From a virus (taxonomy: Duplodnaviria > Caudoviricetes): 30,747 nt of DNA. The position numbers were made by a program, and so were the translations under genes. The stretch covers positions 1 through 30,747 of IMG/VR virus record IMGVR_UViG_3300042464_000625; one strand, 5' to 3'. Positions 5,109-12,889 of this stretch are shown in pieces. Below the pieces are notes generated by a model. That model had not been told where the DNA came from. It searched no databases and saw nothing but the letters and a program-made list of their open reading frames with translations. How positions within the stretch are numbered: position 1 is the stretch's first letter; each line of letters opens with the position of its first letter.

Positions 5109-6935
5109 GTGTCTGAGCGCTACCCGAACTCCATCCTTCCAGAAGAGCTGGAATCATTCCCGTACTTCCTTGCTTGGGGGATGCGGGAAACCGGGCTGAT
5201 CGGCCCGGAGGAAGAGCCCACCAGGATGCAGCTGCTGATCGCTGACTGGCTGAATCACGAAGCAGGCGGGGCCTCCATCACGGCCGCCTTTCGAGAGGCG
5301 TCAAAGTCTTACATCGCTGGCTGGGCCGCGCTGCACCGGCTAAGCCTGGATCCGTTCAACGAGAAGGTGTTGCTGACCGGTGCCACGGCCAAGAAGCCGA
5401 CTGAGGTCAGCAGTTGGATGCAGAAGACCGTTGCGGCGGTAGATCTTTTCGAGCCTTTGCGGCCACGGCGTGATCAGCTGTCTTCGGTGATTGCGTGGGA
5501 CGTGGGGCCCAGCTCGATCGACCAGGCCCCAAGCGTGCGGGTCTCGGGGATCCTTTCCCCTGGCCTAACCGGCTCCCGTGCCACCTTCATCCTGCCGGAT
5601 GACGTGGAGAACGAAAGCAACAGCATCACGCTGCTCAAGCAGCAACGGCTGGCGTCAATCTTCAACGAGCTGGTGGCCATCTTGAAGGTGCCGGCCCCGG
5701 GTCAGATGAAGCGCTCCATCCGGGTGCTGGGCACCCCGCACATCGAGACCAGTTTGTACCTGGAGCTATCGCGCAACCGCGGCTATGGGATCCGCTATTT
5801 CCCGGCCCGATACCCAGACCCCAACGACGAGAACAGCTGGGGTTGTTACGACGGCAACCTATGTCCGCAGCTAGCGGAAGAGGTCCAACAGCACCCATGG
5901 CTGATTGGGATGCCGACCGACCCGGAGCGGTTCCCAGAGGTAGTGCTGCTTGAAAAGGAGCTGAGGGGCACCAGAGCATGGGTGCAGCTTCAGTACCAGC
6001 TCAACTGCCGACTGAGCACCGCCGAGAAGTACCCCTGCCGCCTGGGCGACCTGCTGGTGTTGAGCCTGGACGGCAAGGCGCTGCCGGAGCTGCTGGCATG
6101 GAGCGGCAGCCCGGAGCAGCGCATCAATCCGTTCGGCGTCAAGAGCGAGCTGCAGTGCGTGGGCATGGGCTCCGATCGCTTCTATCACCGCCCGGTGATG
6201 CAGGGCGGCTGGCTGCCACGGTCGGAGGTGTGGCGAACGGCAATGGCGATCGACCCATCGGCCCGGGGCCGCGACGAAATGGCGTGGGTGGTGCTGGCGG
6301 AGCTGAACGGCAACGTGTTTGCGCTGGACTGGGGAGGCACGCAGGCCGGCTTTGAGGATGCGACCCTGACGGCCCTTTGCGAAAAGGCCAAGCAGTGGGG
6401 TGTCCAGGTGGTGCTGCCAGAGCCCAACTACGGCGGCGGCATGTTCAACCAGATCCTGCTGCCCCACATGCAGCGGATCTACCCAAACTGCTCAATCCTG
6501 GGGCCTGACGAGGTGCCATGGAGCACGGCGCAGAAGGAAGTTCGCATCGTGAACACCGTGGCCCCCTTGGTGCAGCAGCACCGGCTGGTGGTCAACGAGG
6601 CCCGAATCCAGTCGGAATGGGAGGAGGCCGAGCGGGATCCTGAAACCGGGCACCAGCGGACGCTGATGTTCCAGCTCAGCAGGGTTACAACCGACCGCAA
6701 CTGCCTGCAATGGATCGACCGGCTCGATGCCCTGGCGATCGGTTGCGCCTGGTTTGAGGAATCAGCGGCCCAGGATCAAGCGAAGGTGACGGAGCAGCGC
6801 AACGCGGAGAAGCTCCAGGCCGTTATGGACGCAATCCACGACGAATCAGGGCGTGGTATCGAGGCCCTGGCCCTGGGGCTGCCACTCAACGGCTACTACG
6901 GCGGCCGAGCTGTCGGCGGCCTCAAGCGCCGCTAA
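5109..6935 (+). CDS. terL: Terminase large subunit (T7 gp19-like)
   Basis: Walker A region AFREASKS, LTGSRA, Walker B ILPDDVE, coupling motif LGTP, FPARYP, nuclease IDPSARGRDE and DRLDALA. Start GTG 5109 is preferred over 5061. Confidence 0.95.
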   Translation: MSERYPNSILPEELESFPYFLAWGMRETGLIGPEEEPTRMQLLIADWLNHEAGGASITAAFREASKSYIAGWAALHRLSLDPFNEKVLLTGATAKKPTEVSSWMQKTVAAVDLFEPLRPRRDQLSSVIAWDVGPSSIDQAPSVRVSGILSPGLTGSRATFILPDDVENESNSITLLKQQRLASIFNELVAILKVPAPGQMKRSIRVLGTPHIETSLYLELSRNRGYGIRYFPARYPDPNDENSWGCYDGNLCPQLAEEVQQHPWLIGMPTDPERFPEVVLLEKELRGTRAWVQLQYQLNCRLSTAEKYPCRLGDLLVLSLDGKALPELLAWSGSPEQRINPFGVKSELQCVGMGSDRFYHRPVMQGGWLPRSEVWRTAMAIDPSARGRDEMAWVVLAELNGNVFALDWGGTQAGFEDATLTALCEKAKQWGVQVVLPEPNYGGGMFNQILLPHMQRIYPNCSILGPDEVPWSTAQKEVRIVNTVAPLVQQHRLVVNEARIQSEWEEAERDPETGHQRTLMFQLSRVTTDRNCLQWIDRLDALAIGCAWFEESAAQDQAKVTEQRNAEKLQAVMDAIHDESGRGIEALALGLPLNGYYGGRAVGGLKRR

Positions 6936-7211
6936 GTGCGGGGATACCTTCAGCCTGGCCTCTAGGTGGCCTTTGGGGATCCGGCTGCCGGCAAGGGCCT
7001 TGGCCAGGGCCCCCAGGGGGTCTTCCGGCGTGGCTGCCACTGAGATCCTGTTCTGCTTGAGCAGCTGCAACGCTGTCCTGAGGTCGTCATTGGACGCCGG
7101 AATGATTGTGCCCTCAGGGCCAGGCCTTCCGTTCTGCACCACGTCGAGAATCTCGTCCGCGACCGCCTCGTGCAGCTCTTCTAGCTTCTTCTTAAGGCTT
7201 TCCTGGTCCAT
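6846..7211 (-). CDS. terS: Terminase small subunit (T7 gp18-like)
   Basis: 121 aa from ATG 7211. LEELHEAVADEILDVVQNG...DLRTALQLLKQNRI...PLGALA pattern, and position after tail fibre and holin. Confidence 0.7.
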   Translation of the reverse strand: MDQESLKKKLEELHEAVADEILDVVQNGRPGPEGTIIPASNDDLRTALQLLKQNRISVAATPEDPLGALAKALAGSRIPKGHLEARLKVSPHLAALEAADSSAAVVAVEWQPQGQGLDTTP

Positions 7212-7213
7212 TT

Positions 7214-7432
7214 TCAGCCAGCGGGGGTGCTTGGGGGCGGATCGCTGGGGGGCGGGGCCTGGTCCTCCCGTTTGCGGGCCTGCCATTGCTTCCCTAGCCA
7301 GTCCAGGGGTGATTTCACCAGGATGCCGGCGGCAAAATTCCACCGTGGCTCGCAAAATTCCCACGGCTTGGGGGCTCGCAGCTCACACGCGGCAAGGTAG
7401 GAGGCAAGAAAAGCGCTGACCACCCACATCAT
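7214..7432 (-). CDS. Small membrane or lipoprotein-like protein, possibly lysis-related (72 aa)
   Basis: ATGA overlap with the upstream gene; hydrophobic N-terminus ending LAAC; Pro-rich tail. Confidence 0.5.
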   Translation of the reverse strand: MMWVVSAFLASYLAACELRAPKPWEFCEPRWNFAAGILVKSPLDWLGKQWQARKREDQAPPPSDPPPSTPAG

Positions 7433-7632
7433 TTCGTGTGGGCCTCCACAATCCTGATCCGGTCTTCGTGATCGTTGATTTTTTCGTGATGGTGGGCCAG
7501 CAAGGCGTCGATTCGGCCCTGAGACTTGCCCAGATGGTTGCCGATCGACCACAGCGCCTTAACCGCTGAGCCGCCAAGGGTCAATACTGCAGCGACGGTG
7601 GCGAGGACGCCGGCTACTTCAACGACTCCCAC
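7429..7632 (-). CDS. Putative holin-like membrane protein (67 aa)
   Basis: N-terminal TM helix plus coiled-coil tail (INDHEDRIRIVE); holin position downstream of the tail fibre. Confidence 0.55.
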   Translation of the reverse strand: MGVVEVAGVLATVAAVLTLGGSAVKALWSIGNHLGKSQGRIDALLAHHHEKINDHEDRIRIVEAHTK

Positions 7633-7646
7633 TACAGGGCTGCAGA
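7632..7646. promoter_or_regulatory. Palindromic start-associated motif (minus strand TCTGCA-GCCC-TGTAG)
   Basis: Overlaps the GTG start by 1 nt; -10-like TAATAT at 7657-7662. Confidence 0.45.
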
Positions 7647-7699
7647 GTTCTGGTGAATATTAGCGTGTTATGAGTGATTGCCCGCTGGTTATACGATCA

Positions 7700-9400
7700 T
7701 CAAGAGGTCGGGAGCGGCCCGGTCGGGACAACGTGAGGCAGGGCGACACCAAGAAGAACCTGGAAGTCGTTCATATTTCCGATCCAAAGCCTGCCTGTAG
7801 TGTCATAAGTCCCGATCGCAAGCAGTGTTTGCAATATACTGTCGGTGTAAGGATTACTGACGCCATGCGAAAGATTACCGTTTACCGTAGTTCTTGCTAC
7901 CCCACTTGCTCTAGTGTGTTGTATAAATGCCCATTCATCATTAGCGGGCACGTTTTGCGTTCCATCTTGAAAGAATCTATTATGGCCAGACACCACCACT
8001 TTGTTAGTAGACATGGCGCCCCATAGCGTAAAAGAATCGCGGGGTAAAAATAGATTACTAGAGTTAACGCTATCGTAAAAATAAAACAAGCCTCTATTAG
8101 AAGAGTAGCTTGGCTTTATAGCCCAAAACCGTATTGTGTAGTCTCCTTCTCCTATGACATCCGCCAGCGCAGCAGACATCCATGCTCCCGCAGCGCCGCT
8201 GAAAGATGCGCTGCCCGCGCCCCAGCGTCCTACCGTTGTACTAATTGACACGTTTCCAGGCGTTACTGAGAGAGATCTACCACTTACATCAGTAAAGCCC
8301 GTGGCGCTGGTCAGCGGCAGATGCAGGATGACCGACCTATATCCAGGGTCTTTCCCTACAAGCCTAGGAGGCGTTGTTGTAGCGTTAAGATTTACCCGGA
8401 TGGATAGGCTATAGTATTTCATTATCGCCCTTTCGGCGACATTCTTAGGCCTAGCTTCTTGGCCGGCACCAATAACCAAATTCGAGCCTGTGCCCTCTGG
8501 ATTCAAAGCAACATCCCCAGACCCCGCCGCTGGTGTGTCCCGTCTGTAAGGAATCACAATTTCCTTGTTTTGATCTGCCTGATAGCTGCCCTTTACCCGG
8601 TTTGGATCCAGCCCTCTGCCATTGTCTAGGCCCCGCAGGACTACTCCTCGCAGGTCTGGGCCGGCCACAAACGTTGTCGATCCATCGCCTGCTCCGTAGG
8701 ACGTGCCGTGCTTCAGGAATAATTCAGCGAACGCAACCCGGCTCACAGTTGCGCCAATGGCAGGGCCCCAGCCTAGTGGGTCTGTAGGTGAAGTTGTATA
8801 AGCAATGTCTCCAACCTCGCCAGCGCCACTAGCGATTAGCCTTACGTCGGCAAGGCTGGTATTAACACCAGCTAGCTGGGCTGTAACCACAGCATTCGCC
8901 GCAGTCACTTGCGCCAGCAATGCAGCGTTTGCCGCGTTTACCTGTGCCAGCAATGCAGCATTCTGCTGCTCTACCTGTTGGTTTACGACGACAGCCTGCC
9001 CTTCTAGCTGCTGGCTTGTGCTTAGCGATATTGATACCGATACATTGGCCTTGTCTAGGTTCTCCTGGACCGCATACAACTTCTGTTTGTCTGCTATCAG
9101 TAGATCATTCGCATCAACATTTGACCCGTCAGTCCAGCCCACCAGTGGCGCGGCAATCGGCGTTCCACGGATCACGGTCAGGGTTTTACCTGTCGTGACG
9201 GCAACCATGCTGATCTGGCCGTCGTTGATCCAGTTGTAATCAGTGCCGCTGATATAAAGCTGGTCAAAGGTGCCTTCGGACAAGCTCAGGTTGGCGAATA
9301 CCTGGACGTGGGATCTTGAGATAAAGGGGAACGGGACGGGCACCGATAAGCCCGCAACGCCTCCCTGCAGGGTGCGGTAGCTGTAAGGGGTAGAGGTCAT
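7700..9400 (-). CDS. Tail fibre: T7 gp17-type N-terminal anchor, coiled coil, tail-collar domain, C-terminal LamG-like domain
   Basis: VPFPFISRSHVQV...IRGTP (gp17-N); VSRVAFAELF..HGTSYGAGDGSTTF..PDLRG..LRGLDNGRGLD (collar); LHLPL...FTDVSG...GAGSASFSG...DYTIRFW (LamG). Confidence 0.9.
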   Translation of the reverse strand: MTSTPYSYRTLQGGVAGLSVPVPFPFISRSHVQVFANLSLSEGTFDQLYISGTDYNWINDGQISMVAVTTGKTLTVIRGTPIAAPLVGWTDGSNVDANDLLIADKQKLYAVQENLDKANVSVSISLSTSQQLEGQAVVVNQQVEQQNAALLAQVNAANAALLAQVTAANAVVTAQLAGVNTSLADVRLIASGAGEVGDIAYTTSPTDPLGWGPAIGATVSRVAFAELFLKHGTSYGAGDGSTTFVAGPDLRGVVLRGLDNGRGLDPNRVKGSYQADQNKEIVIPYRRDTPAAGSGDVALNPEGTGSNLVIGAGQEARPKNVAERAIMKYYSLSIRVNLNATTTPPRLVGKDPGYRSVILHLPLTSATGFTDVSGRSLSVTPGNVSISTTVGRWGAGSASFSGAAGAWMSAALADVIGEGDYTIRFWAIKPSYSSNRGLFYFYDSVNSSNLFLPRDSFTLWGAMSTNKVVVSGHNRFFQDGTQNVPANDEWAFIQHTRASGVARTTVNGNLSHGVSNPYTDSILQTLLAIGTYDTTGRLWIGNMNDFQVLLGVALPHVVPTGPLPTS

Positions 9401-9405
9401 AACGC

Positions 9406-9420
9406 CTGCACGGTTGCAGA
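9406..9420. promoter_or_regulatory. Palindromic start-associated motif (minus strand TCTGCA-ACCG-TGCAG)
   Basis: Perfect 5-4-5 palindrome 5 nt upstream of the tail fibre ATG; -10-like CAGAAT at 9422-9427. Confidence 0.45.
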
Positions 9421-9439
9421 CATTCTGGCAGGCCCTGGC

Positions 9440-12400
9440 TTAATCGCCTTGCGGCAATACCTGAAGCACCCCTGCCTTCTCGATTGCCCGCTGCAAGCTG
9501 CCCTCGTTGGCGGCGGTCATCAGCCGCTGGTATTCCTGCGCTGGCTCGGTGTCGCTGCCGTCCAGCTTCCAGATGGCCCTGTTCTCGTAGTAGCTCTTGA
9601 CCGCCCGGATCATCCACGGGCCAGGCTGCTGCAGCCGTGCCGCCGGCGGCAGGTCGTTCACCTCGGGGTTGGAGCTGGTGAGCTTGTTGGCCTGGATCGC
9701 CTTGTACTCGGGGGACCGGAACAGGTGTTCCATGGCCTGGTAGACGGTGCGGCCCTTGATCGCCCGGGCAACGGCATCACCCAGCGCCGTGGGGATCGGC
9801 ACGTTGACGCCAAACCGGACCTTGGACCCGTTGGGTAGGTCGATAATGGTTTCCTCCCTGCCCTGCACCGCATAGGTGAATGCCTGACCGGCCAGGTATC
9901 GGGTTGCCGGGAAGTCGTCCTCGCCGACGATGGTGCCGATGTAGCCGTTCAGCTCCTTCTGCACCTCGGGGCTCAATGGCACCCCCTTGTGGTGGGCGGA
10001 CAGCAGCGGTGTGGGCGGATCCAGCAACTGCTGCTTCTCCAGCTCCCGATGCACCGGCGAGTTGTAGAAGCCGGGGAAGCCGCTGGGGAAGCCCTCCTGA
10101 TCCATGCCCTCGGGCAGGTGGATGGCGCGGCCCAGCCAGTCGGTTTCGCGGTAAGGGATGCCGGCGATCCGGCCAGCCAGCGGCTGCAGGTTCACCAGCA
10201 GGTTTTTGATGCCATCGCGGGTGAACTGCAGCTCGGGCGGCAGTTCCGCTTTGGCGATCAACTGCTCGTCTGCCGGGCTGATCTTGGGGTACTCGAACAT
10301 GTCATTGCGGGTGGAGCCGCTGTAGCGCTCAATCATCCGGATAGGCCCGCTGAAGGGGTTGAACTGGCCCGCTGCCACCCATCCGGCGAACTTGCCCCAG
10401 GCTTGCTCGTCACCCCGGCTGGATAGCTCCAGGAGGCGCTGCATCATTGCCAGGGTGGTCTGGCGGACTATGGCGCCAGTGAGCACCTGCATCATCCCCA
10501 TGCCGACCTTGCGCTTATCCATCTGGCTGGCATTGGCAGCCTCCAGCGCATCGCTGACGTCCTTCCACAGGAAAAGGGTGTTCAGGATTGGGATGCCGCC
10601 CAACGGGATCGGGATGCCATAAACACTGTTTGGCACCCGGCCCTCAGCTTTCATCCTCGTCATCCACTGCTGCCGGGCTATGGGGTCCACCGGGCCATTG
10701 CCGGTGAGCTTGCCGGTGTCGTTGTCGAGGGCGAAGAATGCCGCGGCGAGCAGGCCGCTCGTCACCCATGCCGCCTCCACCTGGGCGGTCTGGGCCGCCG
10801 TGGGCATTCGGCCGTGCAGCTTCTCGTTGAGGAACTTGAGCGTCGGCACCGTTGGCCCCAGGCCCATTTCCATCACGTCGAAGATCAAGCCGTTAATCGG
10901 CATCCTGATCACTGGCGCCAGCACGGCATCGCCAATCCAGCTCGATTCCTGAACGGCCTTTGCCACCTTGTACGCCGTGCCGCCAAGCGGCCCGTCTGGC
11001 GTGTTCTGGAATCGCATCTTGTCGGCATAGTCCCAGGCCCGCTGGGATAGGTCGTCAGCCAGCACGGGATAGCCGACCACCCGCTTGGACTTGATCATGT
11101 AAGCCCGCAACTGCTCGTCATCCACCATCTCGGCAGTGAGGCTGTGCTTCCTGCGGAAGTCGAGCAGGTTCTGCTCAGTGGGGATCTCCTGGTAGACGGC
11201 ATCCTCCATCTTCTTGTTCACCCAGTCATTGACCCGTTGGGTGTCAGGGATGCCTGCTTCGTCAAGCAAGCCCAGCTGCAAGCCATCCTTGCGGGCCTGC
11301 ATCAGCAGATCGTTGCGCATCTTGAACCGAAAAAGCCGCATCCCGGCAACGTTGTCCACTGCGGCAAGGCCCGCAAAGGCTTGGTTGATCGGGAAGTCGA
11401 TGCCGGTTGCTTTCTTCAGCAAGGCATGAATTGTGAGCCTGGTGCCCACATGGATCTTGTCGCGCAGGTCCCGCAGCAGGCCCTCGTCGCCAAGCAAACC
11501 TTTGCCGCCTGGGCTGAAGTCGGCGATGTTGGTCCATGGGTTGGCGATCGGCTTGTGCCAAACCTCCCGCGCCACCCGCAGCGCCTCTTCGGGGTCCATG
11601 GCCCTGCTGTGGACCGTCACATCATTGGCGAATGGGGTGTTGCCTGTCAGGAACCCTTCTTTGTAAAGCTCCATGGCACCAAGGTTCATCGTGGCGCCCA
11701 TTTGTTTGTTGGCCTCCCATGCGAGCTGGATGCCCTCCAGCCGGTCTTTCATTGAGGTCCGAAAAAGCTTGGTGCCAAACGGCGCCATCATCGGCCCGTT
11801 CTCGATGGCCGTCCGCAGTAGGCCGACCCGCTCCATGACCGCGTTGCTGCCCAGGTTGAGCACCACTTGAGTATTGAAATTCCAAAACCAAGAATCCTTG
11901 AAATAACCAAGATCCCGCCTGGCGCCAGGGGAGCGCCACAACCGGTCCAGCGCCGCCTCAGGATCGATGCTGTCGATCCTGATGTCGAGCTCCAACTGCT
12001 TCAAGGCTTCAACGCCATCAGGGCCCTGGTCGATGGCCTGCAACACCTTGCCGATCAGGGTGTCGTCTCCCAGGTCGTCCGGGGTCAGGTTCAGGGGGTC
12101 GCCACCGGGTACGTCAGGCGTGGCCTCCGGGGGCGCCCAAATGTCGCGGGTGGGGGCTGGCAGGTCGCCGGGCTCGCCGATGGACCGCTGGAGGCTTTGC
12201 AGATACTGGCCGCCACTGCGCCGCGCCTTGGCGTTGTGGCGCTCCAGGATCAGCGCTTTCTTGTAGGCCTCGACAAACCTGGCGCCAAGCTCCGTGGGTG
12301 GCGTGTCTCCCGCTTCTTGCATGAAGCCACGCAGCGCAGCGATGGACTCCACCAGGTTGTGCTTGGAAATATCGGCCATCGTTCGCAACCTTGTGCCATT

Positions 12401-12889
12401 TTCGACAAGTTGCATAAAAGGCTGGACGCTGCGGCTTGCCGCTTTGAGCATGGCGTCGTAATTCAGGCCAAGATCGCGGTAGCCATTGGCCACCCATCCG
12501 GCGAATTGTTCTGGAGTGGTGGTCGCCGTGACGAAGGCGTAGTCGTCGGGTGCGCGGGTTTCCCAGTTGCCCAGCAGGGCCTCGGTGACCGCCCCCATCT
12601 CCTGAGCCTGCACGTCGTCAAAGCGATCGGCGAGCTGGGCAAAGTTGGTAAACCTGCCCTCCATGCCCACAGGCGTTTCGCGCTCCCCCAGTGACCGGCG
12701 CACCGCTGCATTGACTGCCGGGGAGTCGGCGACGCCAACGAAGTTCCGCCAGATCGTGGACACATCGCTGCCCGGGCTGTCGCTGATCTGCCTGCTGACC
12801 CGTTGGGTGTAGGCCATCTCCCCTTGGATCCTGGCCAGCTCGGCCTCCGCTGCAGCCAGTTGCCGCTGCAGGTCATCGCAGTTGGTCAC
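9440..12889 (-). CDS. Large internal virion (ejection) protein, gp16-like position (1149 aa)
   Basis: Size and position before the tail fibre; LTGNGP...W...GRVPNS and DWLGRAI segments resemble gp16-like proteins. GTGA overlap with an upstream GGAGG. Confidence 0.7.
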   Translation of the reverse strand: MTNCDDLQRQLAAAEAELARIQGEMAYTQRVSRQISDSPGSDVSTIWRNFVGVADSPAVNAAVRRSLGERETPVGMEGRFTNFAQLADRFDDVQAQEMGAVTEALLGNWETRAPDDYAFVTATTTPEQFAGWVANGYRDLGLNYDAMLKAASRSVQPFMQLVENGTRLRTMADISKHNLVESIAALRGFMQEAGDTPPTELGARFVEAYKKALILERHNAKARRSGGQYLQSLQRSIGEPGDLPAPTRDIWAPPEATPDVPGGDPLNLTPDDLGDDTLIGKVLQAIDQGPDGVEALKQLELDIRIDSIDPEAALDRLWRSPGARRDLGYFKDSWFWNFNTQVVLNLGSNAVMERVGLLRTAIENGPMMAPFGTKLFRTSMKDRLEGIQLAWEANKQMGATMNLGAMELYKEGFLTGNTPFANDVTVHSRAMDPEEALRVAREVWHKPIANPWTNIADFSPGGKGLLGDEGLLRDLRDKIHVGTRLTIHALLKKATGIDFPINQAFAGLAAVDNVAGMRLFRFKMRNDLLMQARKDGLQLGLLDEAGIPDTQRVNDWVNKKMEDAVYQEIPTEQNLLDFRRKHSLTAEMVDDEQLRAYMIKSKRVVGYPVLADDLSQRAWDYADKMRFQNTPDGPLGGTAYKVAKAVQESSWIGDAVLAPVIRMPINGLIFDVMEMGLGPTVPTLKFLNEKLHGRMPTAAQTAQVEAAWVTSGLLAAAFFALDNDTGKLTGNGPVDPIARQQWMTRMKAEGRVPNSVYGIPIPLGGIPILNTLFLWKDVSDALEAANASQMDKRKVGMGMMQVLTGAIVRQTTLAMMQRLLELSSRGDEQAWGKFAGWVAAGQFNPFSGPIRMIERYSGSTRNDMFEYPKISPADEQLIAKAELPPELQFTRDGIKNLLVNLQPLAGRIAGIPYRETDWLGRAIHLPEGMDQEGFPSGFPGFYNSPVHRELEKQQLLDPPTPLLSAHHKGVPLSPEVQKELNGYIGTIVGEDDFPATRYLAGQAFTYAVQGREETIIDLPNGSKVRFGVNVPIPTALGDAVARAIKGRTVYQAMEHLFRSPEYKAIQANKLTSSNPEVNDLPPAARLQQPGPWMIRAVKSYYENRAIWKLDGSDTEPAQEYQRLMTAANEGSLQRAIEKAGVLQVLPQGD

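Noticed and set aside
4699-5157. Minus-strand ORF downstream of leader core copy 7
   Set aside because: Antisense shadow of two coupled + strand genes; its ATG is only 2 nt from the core, unlike the 7-11 nt elsewhere.
7647-7659. Degenerate eighth leader core (TATTCACCAGAAC) before the holin-like gene
   Set aside because: Only 7/10 match to an otherwise invariant core, and no twin hairpin.
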